Shown: positions 20,694 to 28,016 of the stretch, one piece after another
Layout of the letters: each line of letters starts with the position of its first letter
Numbering within the stretch: position 1 is the stretch's first letter
Origin: Ureaplasma parvum serovar 3 str. ATCC 27815
GTDB lineage: Bacteria > Bacillota_I > Bacilli_A > Mycoplasmatales > Mycoplasmoidaceae
Assembly (NCBI RefSeq): GCF_000019345.1
Contig: NC_010503.1
Location: 240,001 to 272,000 of the forward strand
Length of the DNA stretch: 32,000 bases
Direction of reading: 5' to 3'
The notes under the pieces: generated by a model
What the model saw: only the letters and a program-made list of their open reading frames with translations
What the model was told of the DNA's origin: nothing
Databases searched by the model: none
Position numbers and translations under genes: made by a program

Positions 20694-22217
20694 GTGTCAA
20701 CAATTATAACTACATCTTGAGGAGTAGATCCAAATATTTACTTTTCAAAGCATGAGTTAACATGAGTGCCAGCAACAGCTGATGCTAATACATTAGCATT
20801 AACTAATTTTAATCCGACTAGCACTTTATTAGTTGCATTAGCAATTGCCTTTGTCTTATTGATGACTCCAGGTTTAGCATTATTTTATGGTGGGCTAACA
20901 CGTCGAAAATCTACATTAACGATTATTAATCAATGTGTAGCTTCACTTGGAATCACAACACTGATTTGAATTTTTGGAGGGTTCTCACTTGCTTTTGGAC
21001 CTTCTGTTGGTAAAGGAATAATTGGTGATATTTCAACTTATTTTGCATTTAGAAATCTATTATTTGCTGATGGTTGAAGTGGAGATGTAGGAATTGTTTT
21101 TGCAAACTTTACTAATGGTGTACCATTAATTTTATTCTTTGCTTATCAATTAGCTTTTGCAATTATTACACCACCATTAATGGTTGGTGCATTTGCAGAT
21201 CGAATGAAATTTAAAAATTATCTAGTATTCTTAGTACTATGACAATATTTAATTTACATTCCTTTTGCACATTGAATTTGAGGTCAAGGATTCTTAGCTG
21301 CTGCTGGAGTAATTGACTTTGCTGGTGGTATTGTAATTCATACAACTGCTGGTTTTGGAGCATTAGCTGCTTCATTAGTATTAGGTAAACGTGTTTTACT
21401 TAAGAATGATAAAAGTCGTCCACACAATATTCCAATGACTATTATTGGAGCAACATTGTTATTCTTTGGTTGATTTGGATTTAATGTTGGTGGATCAGGA
21501 TTTGTAGCTGGTGGGAATGCTGCTACTTGATCAGCTGCTACAAGTGCTTGGATTAATACAATTATTGCTTTAGCTATTGGAATGGTTGGTTGAGCAGTTC
21601 TTGAAACAATCTTTAATAAAAATCATAAAGCCACAGGTGTTGGTTTAGTAACAGGTGCAATTGCTGGATTAGCAACAATTACTCCTGCAGCAGGTTATGT
21701 TCCAATTTGAGCATCTGTTCCTATTGGTGTAGCTGCTGTGCTAGTTTGTTATACTAGTGCTAAAACTTTACATCATTTCCACAAAATTGATGATACTCTA
21801 GAAGTATGAGGCGTACATGGAATGGGTGGTGTTACTGGTTCATTATTAATTGGTGCGTTTGCATCTAAATCTGTAAACCCATCAATTATGTATGAAGCAA
21901 TTGGTCCAACAACAACTGGTGTTTTATTTGGTGTCCAATTAGGAGCGGTTTTATTAGCTGCGGTTTATGGATTTGTATTTACTATTTTATTAGTATATAT
22001 TACTCGTCCAAGATTATCAGCACGCCAACAATTAGGTCATATAGACTATATTAATCATGGCGAAGATGCATATTCATTCGATATTGAAATTCCATCTGAA
22101 AAAGAAATGGAGCAATATGAATTAGCAGATAGTACATGACACTCAAGCACAGGTGTTAAGTATTCATTGCTTAATAATAAAAACCAGCAAAATCATAAAG
22201 TAGCAAACGACCATTAA
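20694..22217 (+). CDS. amt: Ammonium transporter, Amt family, paralogue 1 (507 aa)
   Basis: AGAGGTGA RBS then GTG 20694. The whole frame was translated through many TGA-Trp codons with no TAA or TAG. Amt motifs present: LMTPGLALFYGG, DFAGG.VIH, FGWFGFN, VHG.GG, and the C-terminal GHIDYINHGEDAY (compare E. coli GLDVNSHGENAY). Confidence 0.93.
20922..21380 (+). repeat. High-identity tract shared with 22604-23062 (copy 1 of intragenic amt repeat)
   Basis: Alignment by eye at a constant offset of 1682 nt. There are 4 mismatches over 20922-21080 and 2 mismatches over 21121-21360. A roughly 40-nt divergent patch lies between these two stretches. Confidence 0.85.
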
Positions 22218-22222
22218 TTTTT

Positions 22223-22257
22223 AAAAAAAGACTAAAGCAAAATACTTTAGTTTTTTT
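22223..22257 (+). terminator. Rho-independent terminator between the two amt genes
   Basis: The sequence reads A-run, CTAAAG (22232-22237), 7-nt loop, CTTTAG (22245-22250), T7. Confidence 0.75.
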
Positions 22258-22390
22258 AATTAATAAATAATAAAAAAATAAAGAATTTATTAATTAACGT
22301 AATATAATACTATAGATATATTTTGTATTTATAAATTTATGTACAAAATTTATTTATCGAAAACGAAAAAGAAAACACGAGGTGAAAATT

Positions 22391-23947
22391 GTGTCAACTT
22401 GAGGCCTAAATAAAGATATTTATTTCTCAACTCATGAATTAACATGAGTGCCCGCAGATGCAAGTCAATCAACACTTAATGCAATAGGTTTTAATCCTAC
22501 TAATACACTACTAGTAGCTTTAGCAATTGCTTTTGTTTTACTAATGACACCAGGGTTAGCATTATTTTATGGTGGTTTAGTAAGACGTAAATCAGCTTTA
22601 ACAATTATTAATCAATGTGTAGCTTCACTTGGAATTACAACATTGATTTGAATTTTTGGAGGTTTCTCACTTGCTTTTGGACCTTCTGTTGGTAAAGGAA
22701 TAATTGGTGATATTTCAACTTATTTTGCATTTAGAAATCTACTATTTGCTGATGGTTGAAGTGGAGGAGCAGTTTTAGTTTTTGCTAATTTTACTAACGG
22801 CGTACCATTAATTTTATTCTTTGCTTATCAATTAGCTTTTGCAATTATTACACCACCATTAATGGTTGGTGCATTTGCAGACCGAATGAAATTTAAAAAT
22901 TATCTAGTATTCTTAGTACTATGACAATATTTAATTTATATTCCTTTTGCACATTGAATTTGAGGTCAAGGATTCTTAGCTGCTGCTGGAGTAATTGACT
23001 TTGCTGGTGGTATTGTAATTCATACAACTGCTGGTTTTGGAGCTTTGGCTGCTTCATTTATGTTAGGAAAACGTACAACATTAATTACAGATAAAAAGCG
23101 AGCTAATAATTTACCAATGGTTGTATTAGGTGCAGCATTACTATTTTTTGGTTGATTTGGATTTAATGTTGGTGGTGCAGGTTTTGTTAAAGAAAATACA
23201 AATCACATTTCACAAGCTATATCATCATGATTAAATACAATTATTGCCTTAGCAATAGGTATGATAGGTTGAGTTACACTTGAAACTATTGTTAACAAAA
23301 ACCACAAACCAACAACAGTAGGTTTAGTGACTGGTGCAGTCGCTGGATTAGCAACAATTACTCCCGCAGCAGGTTTTGTTCCAGTTTGAGCCTCTGTTCC
23401 TATTGCCATTATGGGTGTTTTAGTATGTTATTCAGTTTCTAGATTATTAGATTACTTCCGTTTTGATGATTCTTTAGAAGTTCTACCAGTTCATGGAATG
23501 GGTGGTGTTATAGGTTCTTTATTAATTGGAGCATTTGCTACTAACACGGTTGCACATGGAATTAAATATGACGCCGTCGGATTAGATAATAATGGAAATC
23601 CAATTTATGGTATTTTATTTGGACTACAATTAGGTGCTGTATTATTAGCAGCAACATGGGCATTTGCCTTTACATGTTTAATAGTTTATATTACTAAACC
23701 TCGTTTATCAGTGCGTCAACAATTAGGCCATATAGACTACATCAATCATGGTGAAGATGCATACAAGTTTGATTTTATTATTCCTTCAGAAAGTGAAATG
23801 TTTGAATATGAAAGTTTTGATCAAACTTGAGAATGTAAAGCTAGTGGTTGTAAAAAAAGCAACTTAGCTGCCAAGAAAAACCCTGTTTTTATAGAGAATG
23901 AGAATGATTGTACATGACAATCTAAATCTCGTGAGTGTACAAAATAG
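22391..23947 (+). CDS. amt: Ammonium transporter, Amt family, paralogue 2 (518 aa) with Cys-rich C-terminal tail
   Basis: CGAGGTGA RBS then GTG 22391. It has the same motif set as paralogue 1. The frame joins ORFs 22448-22651 and 23411-23830 via TGA-Trp and runs to TAG 23945-23947. Confidence 0.93.
22604..23062 (+). repeat. High-identity tract shared with 20922-21380 (copy 2 of intragenic amt repeat)
   Basis: Same alignment as the 20922-21380 repeat entry. The flanking parts of the two genes are much more divergent at nucleotide level. Confidence 0.85.
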
Positions 23948-23969
23948 AAAATATCAGTATTTCATAATT

Positions 23970-23999
23970 AAGAAGTTAATTAAAACTAACTTCTTTTTT
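23970..23999 (+). terminator. Rho-independent terminator after amt paralogue 2
   Basis: AAGAAGTTA (23970-23978) pairs with TAACTTCTT (23987-23995), followed by a T-run. Confidence 0.75.
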
Positions 24000-24056
24000 A
24001 TTTATAATTTATAATTGATGAAATAGTAATATTTATCTTAAATGGGGGATCAATGA

Positions 24057-25343
24057 ATGCCACGAATAAATACGCAAGTTTTTAATGAAAATAATGATAA
24101 AAATAGAATTAAAAGTAATAACAATAAAATTTGTGATGATATTGAATACACTCGCTTATTAGAAACGAAAGAATATAATGCTGGTTTTTCTCCTAATAAT
24201 GATTCACAAGATATCTTAATTAAAAAACAAGACAATATTTTAAAGTTAAAACCAACTCTAAATTTTGATGATAGTGATCAATTAATTTCAATTGTTCCTA
24301 CTAAAAATTATGAAAATTTAAGATTAAAAGAAATTGAAATCGATAAAAAAAACACTGTTGATTATCAATTAAAAAAAGAAATAATAGATCAGGACTTAAC
24401 AGATGATAATCATTTATCTATAAGTCAAAAATCCAATGGTTTTGCTTTAAAAACTAAACAATTTATTCCTCAAAATATTTCAGAATTTATTTATCATAAT
24501 GAAGACGATCCAAAAACATACGGAAGTGAAAATAATTTAACTTTTAGTCAACTAGAAGAAAAAGTTAATCAAAAAAATACACCTGATTTTTATTTAAAAG
24601 AAATTCATGCAGTTCGTAACAAAATTATCATTTGAACTATTTTATTAGCAATTGGCGTAGGATTAATATTTTATTTGATTTATGAAGTTATTATTAATCA
24701 TTTTAATCCATGGATTTTTTTACCAATTAGTATTTATTGTGTCTTGATGATTTTCTTTTTAGCTTTATCATGTAGTAATTTTATAAATTTTAAAAAAGAA
24801 ATGGATTATCAAAAAAACCATTTTGATTGTACAAAAGCAACAAATTTTATTGTAGGTATATATCGTAAATTAATAGTAGTACATATTAATGTAAACTGAA
24901 TCACAGCTTATATTTATCTTACTAGTCTTTTTATGATATTTGGTGTTTTTGTTGTCAGTTATTTTATGAATTTATATTATAATGCAGCTATAGGAAGTCG
25001 TTTTGGTGATTTGATTATAAAAATTCCTGTTGTTATTAATAATCATCTTTCACAAAAAATTAGTTTTAACAAAAATCCATTATGGGCAATGATTGGATTA
25101 GGTGCTATTTTAGGATTAACATTTATTATTCATTTATGGTTGGTTTTTAATGCTCATCATCGTATTAATCGTATTCATAGTTATTATGTTAATGAAATCA
25201 TTACTAGTGAAGAAATAATTTCATTAAAAAAACAAGCAAATCGTCGTGGTCTAGTCATATTTTTAGTGTTAACTGTTATTTTAGGTTTAATTTTTTATTT
25301 GATGTATACTATTTTAAAAAGAAAATACACTATCAAAAAATAA
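24057..25343 (+). CDS. Hypothetical membrane protein (428 aa): hydrophilic N-terminal half plus about 5 TM segments
   Basis: GGGGGA RBS then ATG 24057. ORFs 24057-24635, 24675-24899 and 24933-25343 share one frame and are joined by TGA-Trp with no other stops. I recognise no family motif. Confidence 0.7.
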
Positions 25344-25357
25344 AAGAAGGTTTATAT

Positions 25358-26923
25358 ATGGCAAAAATTATTGAAGAAATGATTAATAAAAAAGGGTTGT
25401 TAATTGATGATTATGAACTTTATGGCAATGAGATTGCTAAAATTAAATCAATTAAAAAACTAAATAAAAAGGATTCAAAATTAATTGTTATTACCTCAAT
25501 GAATCCTAATCCAGCTGGTGAAGGTAAAACAACAACTGCTATTGGTTTAGTTGATGCTTTAAATAAACATGGATACAAAGCAATTGGAGCCTTACGAGAG
25601 CCATCAATGGGACCAGTTTTTGGTATGAAAGGTACGGGTTCTGGAGGAGGATTATCTTTTTTAAAACCCTTTGATAAAATTAATTTACATTTTAGTGGTG
25701 ATTTCCATGCGATTACTGCAGCTAATAATTTAATCGTTGCAGTAATAGAAAATGAAATACATAATAGGTCTTCAATGCAAATCGATTCTCAAAAAATTTT
25801 AATTAAAAGATGTCTAGATGTTAATGATCGTTCTTTACGTAATATTGAATATGATATTAACCATCAACAAACAAAAAGTGGTTTCAACATTACAGCAGCG
25901 AGTGATTTAATGGCATTATTTTGTTTAGCACATGATCATAAAGATTTTGAAGATAAACTTGCGCAAACAATTGTTGCATATAATATAGTAAACCAACCTA
26001 TAAGAATTTGTGATTTAGAATTAACAAAAGCTATTATGGCAATTTTAGAAGATGCTTTATATGCTAATTTAGTACGAACTAATGAGGATAACCCTGTTTT
26101 TGTTCATGGTGGCCCATTTGCTAATATTGCTCATGGTTGTAATAGTATTATTGCAACCAAAAATGCTTTAGCTTTAGGTGATTATGTTGTTACTGAATGT
26201 GGTTTTGGTAGCGATTTAGGACTTGAAAAATTTATGAATATCAAGATGGCTAGTTTGAATTTAAAACCAGATTTAATTGGTTTAGTTATTAGTCTAAAAT
26301 CAATCGCATATCATGCTCAAACAAACGAAAAAGACTACGTTAAACAAGGCTTTGCTAATGTTTTATGTCATATTAATCACATTAAAAAATATAATGTTTC
26401 TTTTATTGTTTATATTAATGTCAATACTAATACTGATAGCGAAGAAGACTTATTAACTTTAGAAAAACTATTAGATGAACATCAAATTGAACATGCACGT
26501 TCTTATGCTTATAGCTATGGTTCTAAAAAAAGTGAAGAAATAACTAAAAAAACAATTACTTTAACTAATCAAATTAATGATCATGAATTAAAATTAATTT
26601 ATGATATTAAAGATCATTTATCATATAAATTAAAAAAAATATGTGAAAATGTTTATGGTGCTGATGGATATGAATTAAGCTATGAAGCTAAAGAACAATT
26701 GAATCGTTATGAACATTTAGATTTTTATTTATGCATTGCTAAAACACCATATTCAATTTCTGATGATGCAAAATTATTAAATAATCCTAAGAACTTTAAA
26801 ATTCATATTGAACGCTTTGAAATTAATTATGCTGCAAAATTAATCATTGCTATTACAACAACTATTTATCGTATGCCTGGCTTAAATAAAGAACCAGCGG
26901 CCAAAAATTTCGTTATGAAATAA
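25358..26923 (+). CDS. fhs: Formate--tetrahydrofolate ligase
   Basis: The 521-aa uninterrupted ORF carries the FTHFS signature region PNPAGEGKTTTAIGL and GGPFANIAHGCNS. Confidence 0.95.
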   Translation: MAKIIEEMINKKGLLIDDYELYGNEIAKIKSIKKLNKKDSKLIVITSMNPNPAGEGKTTTAIGLVDALNKHGYKAIGALREPSMGPVFGMKGTGSGGGLSFLKPFDKINLHFSGDFHAITAANNLIVAVIENEIHNRSSMQIDSQKILIKRCLDVNDRSLRNIEYDINHQQTKSGFNITAASDLMALFCLAHDHKDFEDKLAQTIVAYNIVNQPIRICDLELTKAIMAILEDALYANLVRTNEDNPVFVHGGPFANIAHGCNSIIATKNALALGDYVVTECGFGSDLGLEKFMNIKMASLNLKPDLIGLVISLKSIAYHAQTNEKDYVKQGFANVLCHINHIKKYNVSFIVYINVNTNTDSEEDLLTLEKLLDEHQIEHARSYAYSYGSKKSEEITKKTITLTNQINDHELKLIYDIKDHLSYKLKKICENVYGADGYELSYEAKEQLNRYEHLDFYLCIAKTPYSISDDAKLLNNPKNFKIHIERFEINYAAKLIIAITTTIYRMPGLNKEPAAKNFVMK

Positions 26924-26953
26924 CTATTAAAAATCTTTATTATTAAAAAAATA

Positions 26954-26999
26954 AAAAATAAACAAGTTGATCGCTTCAAAGATGCTTGTTTATTTTTTT
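26954..26999 (+). terminator. Rho-independent terminator after fhs
   Basis: AATAAACAAG (26957-26966) pairs with CTTGTTTATT (26985-26994) around an 18-nt loop, followed by a T-run. Confidence 0.65.
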
Positions 27000-27052
27000 C
27001 ATACTTTAGAAGATAAAAAAATAAGAAATCATAAAAAGGAAAAGTAGATAAT

Positions 27053-27805
27053 ATGAAAGATTTTATTAGATATACTAAAAAAAGAAATTTAAGTCTTAAC
27101 ACAATTCGTACTTATGAATCAGTATTAAAACATTATGAACCTGTTTTAGATTCGTGAATTAAAATACGAAATAAAATTATTAATAGTAACTTTAAACCAC
27201 GAACAATTCATTTACACAAAAACGTTTTATTAAGTTTTTTTGAATTTAAAAAACTAAAAAGATATTTACAAAATTTAAAATTATTAAAATTACCACAAAT
27301 TGAAATGAAATATTTTGATGTAATTAGTAAAAATAATTTATATAAAAAAACTGATATCTTAGATGATGATTCATTAGAAATTAAAAAATATAAAACCATT
27401 ATTAGATTCTTGTTTGAAACAGGAATTAGAGCTCATGAATTATTTTTTCTAGAATCTATTAATAATCGTTTGTATGTGTTAGGTAAAGGAAATAAAAAAC
27501 GACAAATTTTCTTTGTAAAACAAACTTTTGAACAATTACAAAAGTTTTATGAGAATCTAAAAGGATTTGAAACAACTAAAACATTACGTTTATATATTAA
27601 AAAAATTATTGGCAAGAATTTTACTCCCCATTCATTACGTCGTAGCTTTGCTACTTTTATGTTAATTAAAGGGGCAAATCCCAAAACTGTAATGTTACAA
27701 ATGGGACATGCAAACATTCAAACAACGTTTAGTTATTTAAATTTAAATGAACAAACAAATCGTCGAATTTATAACAAAATTATGTACCAAAATGATGCAG
27801 AATAA
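27053..27805 (+). CDS. Tyrosine site-specific recombinase, short XerC/XerD-like (250 aa)
   Basis: ATG 27053 joins ORF 27305-27805 through one TGA-Trp. The catalytic set is present: R (ETGIRAHEL), K (GKGNKKR), HxxR (HSLRRSFAT), H (GHANIQTT) and Y (FSY). The N-terminal core-binding helix region reads [13 protein letters not shown]. Confidence 0.88.
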
Positions 27806-27826
27806 ATTTTTGTAAAAATAAAAAAT

Positions 27827-27866
27827 AAAAATGTTAAAAATCGACATTTTTATGCTAAAAAGCATA
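27827..27866 (+). terminator. Tandem hairpins after the recombinase gene
   Basis: AAAAATGT/ACATTTTT (27827-27851) is followed by TATGCT-AAAA-AGCATA (27851-27866). The stems are AT-rich, so this is a moderate call. Confidence 0.5.
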
Positions 27867-28016
27867 GGAAATACTAGCATTTATTATATAATCTAAATTA
27901 GAAATTAGGTTTTATATATAGTAATGAATTTATGAGCAAATTTTTGATTGGTCGTAAGCGATTTATCAAAAATAAAATTAGTTTCAAATATTTTTAGAAT
28001 AAGAGGTGATAAAAAA

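Noticed and set aside
23203-23409. Minus-strand 68-aa ORF inside amt paralogue 2
   Set aside because: It lies antisense to a conserved Amt TM region. The Ala/Thr/Val-rich translation is typical of the reverse frame of membrane-protein genes.
24050-24235. Minus-strand 61-aa ORF overlapping the start of the orphan membrane protein gene
   Set aside because: It is an antisense shadow ORF. The plus-strand frame has an RBS and continues for 428 codons.
26866-27399. Minus-strand ORFs 26866-27102 and 27208-27399 around the recombinase gene
   Set aside because: The first runs through the fhs terminator and the recombinase start, and the second is antisense to the recombinase N-terminal domain. Both are low-complexity F/L/K-rich artefacts.
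27948-28016. TTG 27948 as the start of the permease gene (ORF-track start)
   Set aside because: There is no RBS there. A strong AGAGGTGA lies just before in-frame TTG 28017, mirroring the amt start contexts. The upstream start cannot be fully excluded.
26924-28016. Recombinase as part of a mobile element (IS, ICE or integron-like)
   Set aside because: I found no terminal inverted repeats, target-site duplications or cargo genes. The only shared flank sequence is a low-complexity A-rich 15-mer.
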